Assembly (NCBI GenBank): GCA_037128705.1
Contig: JBAXVX010000009.1
Span: forward strand, 42,620 to 106,619
DNA from: Bacteroidota bacterium
GTDB lineage: Bacteria; Bacteroidota; Bacteroidia; Bacteroidales; FEN-979
DNA length: 64,000 nt
Direction: 5' to 3'
Shown here: positions 9,517-17,716 of the stretch, one piece after another
How positions within the stretch are numbered: position 1 is the stretch's first letter
Layout: each line of letters starts with the position of its first letter
Translations under genes and position numbers: made by a program
The notes under the pieces: generated by a model
The model's input: the letters and a program-made list of their open reading frames with translations, nothing else
The model's database searches: none
Told to the model about the DNA's origin: nothing

Positions 9517-10992
9517 ATGAAAATTAACAGGTTATTTCAGTTAAGCGCCCTCGTAGGTGTTGTTCTCATGGTCGGAGCCTGCAAGAAAGAAGCATCCCGC
9601 TCCACCGGCTGGGAATATAACAATCCTAAAAATGGCGGATTCGAGATCCGCGGATATACAGCCCAGGAAACCGGGCCGGGATTGGTCTTCATCGAAGGCG
9701 GCACCTTTACAATGGGAAATACCCAGGACGATGTCATGTTCGAATGGAATAACAGTCCGCGCAGGGTAACGGTAGCCAGTTTTTATATGGACGAAACAGA
9801 GGTACGCAACCTTGATTATCTCGAATACCTTTACTGGCTGAGCCGGGTATACGCAACCGACTATCCGGGCGTTTACCGCAAGGCGCTTCCCGACACCCTG
9901 GTTTGGCGCGACAAACTGGCCTACAACGAACCTCTTTTAGAGTATTATTTCCGTCATCCTGCCTACCGCAACTATCCAGTGGTTGGAGTTACGTGGGTTC
10001 AGGCCAACGATTACTGTGCCTGGCGTACCGACCGTGTCAATGAAATGATGCTCATCAAACGCGGCATTCTTGCCATGGATCCTGCACAAAAGAACGAAAA
10101 CAACTTCAATACCGAAGCATACCTGGCCGGACAGTATGAAGGGCTGGTTGACAAGCCGTTACCCGACCTCAATCCCAATGGGACCGGCACCCGCAAGGTG
10201 AAAATGGAAGATGGGATCATGCTTCCCAAATACCGTCTGCCGACTGAAGCAGAATGGGAATATGCCGCCCTCGGCCTTGTTGGAAACACGCTCTACGAAC
10301 GCGTGGTTGAACGTAAAAACTATCCCTGGAATGGCAATTATGTACGTACCAACGAATCAAGATATTACGGCAGTTTCATGGATAACTTCAAGCGTGGCAA
10401 GGGTGACTACATGGGCGTTGCCGGCAACCTGAATGACGGGGCCGACATTCCCTCCCCCTGCGGTTCCTATTTCCCGAATGATTACGGACTTTACAACATG
10501 GCAGGGAACGTAAGTGAATGGGTTCTTGACGTATACCGTCCGCTGAATTCCTATGAAGTGTCTGATCTCCGTCCGTTCAGGGGCAATGTTTTCAAAACCC
10601 CGGTTCGCGATGCTGAAGGCTTCCTGGCAGAAAAAGACAGTCTCGGTCATATCAAATACCGCGATATCACCACCGCCGAAGCCATGAATCGTAAGAACTA
10701 CCGCCAGGCCGACAACATCAATTACCTTGATGGTGACTTTGCCTCAAATATTGACAATAATTTATGGAAAGAGGTGGGCAAAGATTCGACCGCCACCAAC
10801 CTGATGTATCAGTATGGGATGAGTTCACTTGTGAGCGACCATGCACGTGTTTACAAAGGCGGGAACTGGAAAGATCAGGCCTATTATATGAGTCCCGGAA
10901 CAAGACGCTATCTTGATGAAAGCGATGCTTCGGACGCCATTGGTTTCCGCTGTGCCATGACCCGCGTTGGAGGTTCGGTCGGAGGAAAATAG
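9517..10992 (+). CDS. gldJ: Gliding motility / T9SS lipoprotein GldJ (FGE-sulfatase/SUMF1-like fold)
   Basis: The track ORF starts at TTG 9499; ATG 9517 gives MKINRLFQLSALVGVVLMVGAC with a lipobox cysteine. SUMF1-like motifs are present (YPVVGVTWVQANDYCAWR, RLPTEAEWEYAA, GFRCA). It is followed by murF rather than gldLMN, which favours GldJ over GldK. Confidence 0.7.
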   Translation: MKINRLFQLSALVGVVLMVGACKKEASRSTGWEYNNPKNGGFEIRGYTAQETGPGLVFIEGGTFTMGNTQDDVMFEWNNSPRRVTVASFYMDETEVRNLDYLEYLYWLSRVYATDYPGVYRKALPDTLVWRDKLAYNEPLLEYYFRHPAYRNYPVVGVTWVQANDYCAWRTDRVNEMMLIKRGILAMDPAQKNENNFNTEAYLAGQYEGLVDKPLPDLNPNGTGTRKVKMEDGIMLPKYRLPTEAEWEYAALGLVGNTLYERVVERKNYPWNGNYVRTNESRYYGSFMDNFKRGKGDYMGVAGNLNDGADIPSPCGSYFPNDYGLYNMAGNVSEWVLDVYRPLNSYEVSDLRPFRGNVFKTPVRDAEGFLAEKDSLGHIKYRDITTAEAMNRKNYRQADNINYLDGDFASNIDNNLWKEVGKDSTATNLMYQYGMSSLVSDHARVYKGGNWKDQAYYMSPGTRRYLDESDASDAIGFRCAMTRVGGSVGGK

Positions 10993-11013
10993 TGAATTGC
11001 TAAAAGAATTAAA

Positions 11014-11043
11014 CCCCGTTTCGTCAATGAAGCGGGGTTTTTT
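11014..11043 (+). terminator. Rho-independent terminator after gldJ
   Basis: CCCCGTTTC-gtcaat-GAAGCGGGG forms a 9-bp stem with one G.U pair, followed by a T6 run. Confidence 0.7.
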
Positions 11044-11073
11044 ATTTATTTTGCCTGATCCTTTGATGATCTT

Positions 11074-12369
11074 ATGGAACCTGCCTTAACATATATATAC
11101 CGGATTTTTTCAGAACACCCTGTCATTTCGACCGACAGCCGGAAGATCTATCCCGGATCGCTGTTCTTCGCTTTAAGAGGGGAGTCATTTAACGGGAACG
11201 AATTTGCCTCCAGGGCCCTCGAGTTGGGCGCTTCTTATGCCATCGTGGATGAGGCTGCATTTGCCCTTCATGACCGTTTCATACTGGTAAAGGATGTTCT
11301 TTCAACGCTCCAGGAGCTGGCCCGTCATCACCGGATGCAGATGAACATTCCGGTGATCGCCGTTACGGGTACGAATGGGAAAACCACCACCAAGGAGCTG
11401 ATACAATCGGTGTTATCGGCCTCCTTCCGGACCCTGGCCACCGAAGGGAACCTGAATAACCACATTGGCGTACCGCTTACCTTGTTAAAAATGACCAGCC
11501 AGACCCAGATTGCCGTTATTGAAATGGGAGCCAATCACCGGGGGGAAATTGATTTCCTCTGCCGGATTGCCCAACCCGGTTATGGGATGATCACGAATAT
11601 CGGGAGAGCCCACCTGGAGGGTTTTGGCGGATTTGCCGGGGTTATCCTTACCAAGACCGAACTTTACCGGTTTCTGAATGAGGATGGCGGACTGGCATTT
11701 TTAAATGGGAATGACGCCTTGCTGAAAGAAAATGCAACCGGGTTGAGGCAGGCAACTTACGGGAATCCGCCTGCAGACCTGCAAACTGTCGCGGTCAAGT
11801 CCGATCCCATGGTTTCCGTCACCCTCGATTTTAAAAATCAGAAGGGCGTGGTCATTCATTCGAACCTTTACGGAGGATACAATTCAGATAATATATCGGC
11901 TGCAGCCTGCATCGGGCAACATTTCGGGGTCCCCACCGATTTGATCAAAGCAGCCATTGAAAATTACCGGCCGACCAACAACCGTTCGCAGGTAATGCAG
12001 ACGGCGCGTAACCTGCTGATCCTTGATGCGTATAATGCAAATCCCAGCAGCATGGAGGCGGCCCTGATGGCCTTTTCAAAGGCTGACTATCCCGGGAAGA
12101 CCGTCATTCTCGGCGACATGCTCGAACTTGGGCGGGAATCGGATGAGGAGCACCGGCACATCATTCAAATCCTGAATGGGATGCAGCTGGAAAATGTTTA
12201 CCTGGTCGGTCCCTGTTTTACCCGAATCAATACCATCCGTGAATTTATCTGTTTTACCGATGCAGCCCTGGCCATGATGTGGTTCCGGCATCACCCGATC
12301 GAAAAAGCGACAATCCTGATCAAAGGATCACGAGGAATTAAACTTGAGAAACTCATCGAATCCCTCTGA
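11074..12369 (+). CDS. murF: UDP-N-acetylmuramoyl-tripeptide--D-alanyl-D-alanine ligase
   Basis: Mur ligase P-loop VIAVTGTNGKTTTKE, DAYNANPSSM, and a length of 431 aa. Confidence 0.9.
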   Translation: MEPALTYIYRIFSEHPVISTDSRKIYPGSLFFALRGESFNGNEFASRALELGASYAIVDEAAFALHDRFILVKDVLSTLQELARHHRMQMNIPVIAVTGTNGKTTTKELIQSVLSASFRTLATEGNLNNHIGVPLTLLKMTSQTQIAVIEMGANHRGEIDFLCRIAQPGYGMITNIGRAHLEGFGGFAGVILTKTELYRFLNEDGGLAFLNGNDALLKENATGLRQATYGNPPADLQTVAVKSDPMVSVTLDFKNQKGVVIHSNLYGGYNSDNISAAACIGQHFGVPTDLIKAAIENYRPTNNRSQVMQTARNLLILDAYNANPSSMEAALMAFSKADYPGKTVILGDMLELGRESDEEHRHIIQILNGMQLENVYLVGPCFTRINTIREFICFTDAALAMMWFRHHPIEKATILIKGSRGIKLEKLIESL

Positions 12370-12379
12370 TAATTTATAC

Positions 12380-12387
12380 TATTTTTG
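12380..12387 (+). promoter_or_regulatory. Candidate -7 box TATTTTTG upstream of anmK
   Basis: Matches TAnnTTTG, 17 nt upstream of the ATG at 12404. Confidence 0.4.
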
Positions 12388-12403
12388 TATTACTTTTTCT
12401 TAA

Positions 12404-13462
12404 ATGATTAAAGTACAGCATCATGTAATCGGATTAATGTCAGGAACCAGCCTGGATGGGCTGGATCTTGCATTTTGCGAATTTCACCAAAGCGACTGCG
12501 GATGGAACTATCGGATCGTTCATGCAGAGACAATTTCTTACAGCAAGGAATGGCGCGATCGATTGTCAAACCTTGAATCGGGGACAGCCTTTGATTTTGC
12601 AGCAGCTGATTGTTCCTACGGACATCTTCTCGGGAAGTACACCAGGCAGTTCATCGATTTACATCATCTCCGGCCTGACTTTATTGCCTCACACGGGCAC
12701 ACCATTTTTCACCAGCCACAGAAAATGCTCACGACCCAGATCGGAAACGGGGCGGCCATTGCGGCCGAGACAGGATTTCACGTAGTCAGCGACTTCAGGT
12801 CACTTGATGTCGCGCTGGGCGGCCAGGGTGCCCCCCTGGTTCCGATCGGAGACCGGCTATTATTTCCTGATTTTGATTATTGCCTGAACCTGGGCGGTTT
12901 TGCCAACATTTCCTATGAAAAGGCTGGCAGCCGGATCGCCTTTGACATCTGCCCTGTGAATATCGTACTCAACAAACTCGCAAACATCCTGGACCTGGGG
13001 TACGATCCGGAGGGACAAAATGCCGGTCGGGGAATGATCAATCCGGAAATACTGGGCAAACTCAATTCTTTGTTATTCTATGGGGAACCTCCACCAAAAT
13101 CCCTTGGGAAAGAGTGGGTTATTCAACATATTTCGCCCTTGCTGGAGGATGAAAAGTGCAGTGTGAACGACCTTCTTGCCACCTATTGTGAACACGTTGC
13201 CATTCAGGTTGCATCTTCAGTTCAGGGAGGACAGGAGAAAAAATTACTGATCACCGGGGGGGGTGCTTTTAACAACTTCCTGATCGGGCGGATACAGCAT
13301 CATACCAACATAAAGATTGTTCTTCCCGATGCCCATACCATCAATTACAAGGAGGCGCTGATCTTTGCATTTCTTGGTGTATTGCGCTGGCGAAATGAGG
13401 TCAACTGCCTTTGCAGTGTGACCGGTGCCACCCGGGATTCTTCAGGAGGCTCCATATCGTAG
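12404..13462 (+). CDS. anmK: Anhydro-N-acetylmuramic acid kinase
   Basis: N-terminus GLMSGTSLDGLDLA, a LGGQGAPLVP motif, and a length of 352 aa. Confidence 0.9.
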   Translation: MIKVQHHVIGLMSGTSLDGLDLAFCEFHQSDCGWNYRIVHAETISYSKEWRDRLSNLESGTAFDFAAADCSYGHLLGKYTRQFIDLHHLRPDFIASHGHTIFHQPQKMLTTQIGNGAAIAAETGFHVVSDFRSLDVALGGQGAPLVPIGDRLLFPDFDYCLNLGGFANISYEKAGSRIAFDICPVNIVLNKLANILDLGYDPEGQNAGRGMINPEILGKLNSLLFYGEPPPKSLGKEWVIQHISPLLEDEKCSVNDLLATYCEHVAIQVASSVQGGQEKKLLITGGGAFNNFLIGRIQHHTNIKIVLPDAHTINYKEALIFAFLGVLRWRNEVNCLCSVTGATRDSSGGSIS

Positions 13463-13466
13463 ACCT

Positions 13467-14762
13467 ATGAACTATCAGCAAACCATCAAATATCTTTTCA
13501 CAAAACTCCCCATGTTTCACCGGGTAGGCGCCTCTGCCTATAAGGCGAACCTCGATAACACGGTGGCCCTCTGCAATTTACTGAACAACCCTCAGAATTC
13601 TTTCAAATCGATCCATGTGGCCGGAACCAACGGAAAGGGCTCCGTTTCGCATATGCTTGCCTCCATTCTTCAGACTGCAGGCTTCAGAACAGGATTGTAC
13701 ACCTCCCCTCACCTGAAGGATTTCAGGGAACGGATCAGGGTGAACGGAAAGATGATCGAGAGAAGCTATGTTACCCGGTTCATCGGGGACTACCATCAAG
13801 AATATGAAAAGATCAACCCATCATTTTTCGAACTCACTGTTGGCATGGCGTTCTCCTATTTCAGGGAACAGAAGGTTGACATCGCCCTTGTTGAAGTCGG
13901 GCTGGGCGGAAGGCTTGATTCGACCAACATCATCACCCCGCTCCTGTCGGTCATTACCAATGTGAGTTTCGACCACATGCAGTTCCTGGGCGACACCGTG
14001 GAGAAGATCGCTGCGGAGAAGGCGGGGATCATTAAGCCCGGAATCCCGGTTGTGATCGGGGAGACACAGTATGAAACAAAGGATTTGTTTCGTGAGAAGG
14101 CCCTCTCCGTCAATTCAGAAATCCTTTTTGCGGATCAGGATTTTTCCGTACGTAACAGTATTCTGCCGGAGGATAAAACGAATACGCGGGAGATGGACAT
14201 TTACCGTGACAGCCGTCTTTTTCTAAATCGACTCAGGACTCCCCTGACAGGACTTTATCAATTGAAAAACACGGTGACGGTGCTGGGTGCCACCATGAAG
14301 CTCAATCAGATGGGAATCGAAATCAGTAAACCCACCATCCGGACCGGAATTAAAAATGTAGTTAAAAACACGGGATTGTCGGGCCGCTGGCAGATCCTGG
14401 GCCATACCCCGTTAACCATCTGCGATACAGGTCATAATGAGGGTGGATTGCGGGAGGTGCTGCACCAGATCACCACCACTCCCCATGCGCATCTCCATTT
14501 CGTTTTCGGGGTGGTGAACGACAAATACCTCCCTCCCATCCTTGATCTTCTGCCAAAAGATGCCACCTATTATTTTTGCAAACCGAATATTCCCCGGGGC
14601 CTGGATGCCAGTGAATTAATGCGGCAGGCAACAGCGGCTGGCCTGACCGGAGCGCGCTATGATTCAGTAAAATCCGCACTGCTTGCAGCCCGGAATTCAG
14701 CAGATCTTAAAGATTTGATTTTTATCGGAGGGAGTACTTTCGTGGTTGCGGAACTGATGTAG
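13467..14762 (+). CDS. folC: Bifunctional folylpolyglutamate synthase / dihydrofolate synthase
   Basis: The track ORF begins at 13425 inside anmK. ATG 13467 lies 5 nt after the anmK stop and gives MNYQQTIKYLF. The P-loop is HVAGTNGKGS. Confidence 0.88.
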   Translation: MNYQQTIKYLFTKLPMFHRVGASAYKANLDNTVALCNLLNNPQNSFKSIHVAGTNGKGSVSHMLASILQTAGFRTGLYTSPHLKDFRERIRVNGKMIERSYVTRFIGDYHQEYEKINPSFFELTVGMAFSYFREQKVDIALVEVGLGGRLDSTNIITPLLSVITNVSFDHMQFLGDTVEKIAAEKAGIIKPGIPVVIGETQYETKDLFREKALSVNSEILFADQDFSVRNSILPEDKTNTREMDIYRDSRLFLNRLRTPLTGLYQLKNTVTVLGATMKLNQMGIEISKPTIRTGIKNVVKNTGLSGRWQILGHTPLTICDTGHNEGGLREVLHQITTTPHAHLHFVFGVVNDKYLPPILDLLPKDATYYFCKPNIPRGLDASELMRQATAAGLTGARYDSVKSALLAARNSADLKDLIFIGGSTFVVAELM

Positions 14763-14767
14763 CCCTT

Positions 14768-15025
14768 TCATCCGCCTGAAATCAGGTGGAGTACGGTTAC
14801 ATCATCCCCATCGCTGATCATGGCCATTTCATATTCAGCCTTTTTTATCAGGACACCATTTATCTTGATTATAAGCATTTTAAATGTAAAATGCTTATGC
14901 GACAACAGGTCATTGACTGAAACCGAATCACCGGGAATTTCTTCCGGGTTATTGTTTAGAATGATTTTCATGGTTTCACGGTTTACGCACAATCTCTGAG
15001 AATTGTTTTTGATCTTAAATTTCAT
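14768..15025 (-). CDS. thiS: ThiS/MoaD-family sulfur carrier protein with a C-terminal GG
   Basis: The protein ends ..GDDVTVLHLISGG. ATG 15025 overlaps the thiF stop (TAATG). An internal ATG at 14971 (MKIILNNN..) would give the canonical product of about 67 aa, so the start is uncertain. Confidence 0.65.
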   Translation of the reverse strand: MKFKIKNNSQRLCVNRETMKIILNNNPEEIPGDSVSVNDLLSHKHFTFKMLIIKINGVLIKKAEYEMAMISDGDDVTVLHLISGG

Positions 15026-15618
15026 TATTTGGTCTCTTCACCCGCAAGCAATAATTCCAGGACCATATTGGCCTGCATATTGGCCACGATGCCTACCCGG
15101 GGCGCCAGCGGCGGCAAATCAGGACTGATTTCAGAAATTTCGTCGCCGCAAATAAAGATGTTGTCCAATTTCCGGCACCGGATGGTATTATTCATCCCCC
15201 ATCCAGCCATTCCCAGGCCGAGCACCACAGGAACCGAAGCCATTTCGGTGATCACCGATTCAAGCAACATCTCTTTCTGGTCAGCAAGGTCGAAGGCCTC
15301 CACAATTACATCGCATCCCTTAAAAATCAAAGGAATATCGGGTGAAGTCAACCTGAGATCATGTGCAATTACTTTAACCTCCGGATTAATTCGTGCTATA
15401 TTTTCAGTCAGTGCCCAAACTTTTTTCCGGCCAATCTGATCACGGAAATAATATTGACGGTTCAGGTTTCCGGGGCTGATCACGTCGAAATCGGCAATGA
15501 TCAACGTTCCAATGCCGACACGGGCCAATGCGACGGCGCAATTGGAGCCCAGGCCACCGCATCCGGCTATGCCGACTATTTTACTGTTCAGTATTCCGGC
15601 TATTTCTTCTGACTTCAT
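15025..15618 (-). CDS. thiF: ThiF/MoeB-family E1-like adenylyltransferase (short form, 197 aa)
   Basis: Nucleotide-binding motif VGIAGCGGLGSNCAVALARVGIG, followed by DFDVISPGNLNRQ. Confidence 0.75.
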   Translation of the reverse strand: MKSEEIAGILNSKIVGIAGCGGLGSNCAVALARVGIGTLIIADFDVISPGNLNRQYYFRDQIGRKKVWALTENIARINPEVKVIAHDLRLTSPDIPLIFKGCDVIVEAFDLADQKEMLLESVITEMASVPVVLGLGMAGWGMNNTIRCRKLDNIFICGDEISEISPDLPPLAPRVGIVANMQANMVLELLLAGEETK

Positions 15619-15697
15619 GTTTTACAGGCGATGTGATAAATTTTCGAGACAGTCCAGGTTTATTATTTCGGATCAACATTTTTATTTAAATCAACTG

Positions 15698-15705
15698 CAA
15701 AAATA
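15698..15705 (-). promoter_or_regulatory. Candidate -7 box TATTTTTG upstream of thiF-thiS
   Basis: The plus strand reads caaaaata, 80 nt upstream of the thiF ATG. It is divergent from the box at 15731. Confidence 0.35.
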
Positions 15706-15730
15706 GGAAAATTTGAATTGCCGAATTTAC

Positions 15731-15738
15731 TACTTTTG
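15731..15738 (+). promoter_or_regulatory. Candidate -7 box TACTTTTG upstream of the carboxyltransferase gene
   Basis: Matches TAnnTTTG, with a TTTG at 15713-15716 as a possible -33 element. Confidence 0.4.
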
Positions 15739-15826
15739 TGTACTGTTATTTTATTAACAGTAATTGAGGTTTAAAGATGACTTTATTCTGTACAGATCGT
15801 TTACTATTTCCATTAATTCCACAGAC

Positions 15827-17563
15827 ATGCCTACAAAAAAACTGCTAATCAGGGATTTAACATTGCGTGATGGCCAGCAATCCCTTTTTGCTACCCGGAT
15901 GACCCAGGAACAGGTCGACCGTGTGTTACCCTATTTCAAAGATGCCCGTTTTTATGCCATGGAGGTGTGGGGAGGGGCTGTTCCCGATTCCATCATGCGG
16001 TATCTTTCGGAAAATCCCTGGGTGCGTCTGGAGAAGATCAAAGAGGCGATTGGTGATGTTTCACTTTTGACTGCCCTGTCGAGGGGGCGCAACCTGTTCG
16101 GCTACAATCCCTATCCTGAGGAGGTTATTGAAGGATTTAACCGCAGGGCTATACAATCGGGCATCGGGATCATGCGTATTTTCGATGCGCTTAATGATGT
16201 TGAAAACATGAAATCGACGATCAAATATGTGAAACAAAATGGCGGTTTTGCAGATTGTGCCATTAGTTTTACTGTTGACCCGAAATTTTCAACCAGGCAA
16301 AAATTCCGCTCCTGGATCCATTTCAAAGCGCTTCCGCATGATATTTTCACCATCGATTATTTCGTTGAAAAAGCCCGTCAGCTCGAAGCATTGGGCGCTG
16401 ATATGATCTCTATCAAGGACATGGCGGGGCTCATAACTCCTTCGCAGACCGGAAAGCTGATCAGGAGGCTTAAAGCTGAGGTTCGTGTTCCCATCGATTT
16501 TCATACGCATTGTACGCCCGGTTATGGCCTGGCATCGGTATTATCGGCCATCGTAAACGGGGTGGATGTTGTGGATACCAACATATGGAATTTTGCAGGT
16601 GGTCCGGCTGCACCGGCCTATGAGCTGATCCATATCTTTTGTGAAAAAATGGGAATAGAAACCGGAGTAAATCCTGAAGCGGTCGTTGCCATCAACAAAG
16701 AGTTAAAGATCATCCGGGAGGAGCTGGCTGAATTTGATACCTGCAAGGTGTTGCCGGTTGAATTTGATTTCACAAAGGATAAATTGCCAAAGGAGATCAA
16801 CAAGCTGTTTATCAAAGCCATTTATATGGCCAAACACGATCGTGAAGAGGAGCTGCTGGATGCCTGTCTCGCCATTGATAAGCATTTCAATTTTCCCGAA
16901 CCGGATGATGCCGTAAAAAAGGCTGAGATCCCGGGGGGAATGTACACCAACATGCATGCGCAGCTCAAACAGCTTAAGCTGGATCATTTACTGCCCCGCG
17001 TACTCGAACTTGTTCCCCTGGTTCGCATCAAGTCAGGCTGTCCGCCACTGGTCACCCCGACCAGCCAGATCGTTGGGGTGCAGGCGGTGAACTGCGTGAT
17101 CGACGAAAACAAGGAGCTTCCCTACTTTACAACCAAATCGATCCAGTTTGTGAATCTTGTCAAAGGAATTTACGGGAGGACGCCTATCCCGGTTGATCCC
17201 GATTTCAGGGAACAACTTACCGGGGTAAGGGAGGAGACCCCCTATGATACCAAAAACTACAAACGGCAGGAAAATACGGTCTTTGAGGAATATGGCGACA
17301 TGAAACTCGCTGAGAATGAAAAGGATGAACTCCTGCTTGAATTATTTCCGACAGTCGCCCGGGACTTCCTTCAGAAGTGTGTGGAGGAAAAGTATACTGA
17401 GAATATTCATCACATTGAAGAGGAAAAAAGGCGTAAGTCGCGGGAAGCACGCGAAGCCTACGAAAAATTAAGTCCGCAGGAAAAAAAGGACCGGCTGCTT
17501 CAGGGGCTTTATACCTGGCATGAAGTTTCACAGCCGGAAGAGGAGGATCTTGGGAGATCGTAA
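15827..17563 (+). CDS. Pyruvate/oxaloacetate carboxyltransferase (OadA / PycB / transcarboxylase 5S-like) with no biotinyl carrier domain
   Basis: ATG 15827 gives MPTKKLLIRDLTLRDGQQS, the HMGL-like carboxyltransferase signature. The track start at 15764 adds an implausible leader. The C-terminal tail is charged (EEEKRRKSREAREAYEK) and has no AMKM biotin motif. Confidence 0.7.
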   Translation: MPTKKLLIRDLTLRDGQQSLFATRMTQEQVDRVLPYFKDARFYAMEVWGGAVPDSIMRYLSENPWVRLEKIKEAIGDVSLLTALSRGRNLFGYNPYPEEVIEGFNRRAIQSGIGIMRIFDALNDVENMKSTIKYVKQNGGFADCAISFTVDPKFSTRQKFRSWIHFKALPHDIFTIDYFVEKARQLEALGADMISIKDMAGLITPSQTGKLIRRLKAEVRVPIDFHTHCTPGYGLASVLSAIVNGVDVVDTNIWNFAGGPAAPAYELIHIFCEKMGIETGVNPEAVVAINKELKIIREELAEFDTCKVLPVEFDFTKDKLPKEINKLFIKAIYMAKHDREEELLDACLAIDKHFNFPEPDDAVKKAEIPGGMYTNMHAQLKQLKLDHLLPRVLELVPLVRIKSGCPPLVTPTSQIVGVQAVNCVIDENKELPYFTTKSIQFVNLVKGIYGRTPIPVDPDFREQLTGVREETPYDTKNYKRQENTVFEEYGDMKLAENEKDELLLELFPTVARDFLQKCVEEKYTENIHHIEEEKRRKSREAREAYEKLSPQEKKDRLLQGLYTWHEVSQPEEEDLGRS

Positions 17564-17584
17564 ACGTGACACGTGACACGTGAC
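17564..17584 (+). repeat. Heptad array (ACGTGAC)x3 starting immediately after the TAA stop at 17561-17563
   Basis: Direct reading: taa acgtgac acgtgac acgtgac gg. Confidence 0.95.
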
Positions 17585-17672
17585 GGAAGAAAATATCGAT
17601 TTTGGAGGTCGATATGCAGCGTTAAACCTATCGAACTTTTTGATTGATGGGTATTTACAAATTATTTTTTGT

Positions 17673-17680
17673 TAAATTTG
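17673..17680 (+). promoter_or_regulatory. Candidate -7 box TAAATTTG upstream of the AOR gene
   Basis: Matches TAnnTTTG, 37 nt upstream of the ATG at 17717. Confidence 0.4.
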
Positions 17681-17716
17681 CTTCGTTAAGCGTTTCACAA
17701 AACAAACCCTACGGAT

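Noticed and set aside
13425-13466. N-terminal extensions implied by the track's alternative start codons (folC 13425, purC 23236, carboxyltransferase 15764, rpmB 38808, lptF/G 58261, RND 34914, BNR paralog 56916, sugar transferase 25531).
   Set aside because: In each case a downstream ATG gives the canonical family N-terminus or signal peptide and removes overlap with the upstream gene or with repeat DNA. The extensions are judged to be artefacts of longest-ORF calling.
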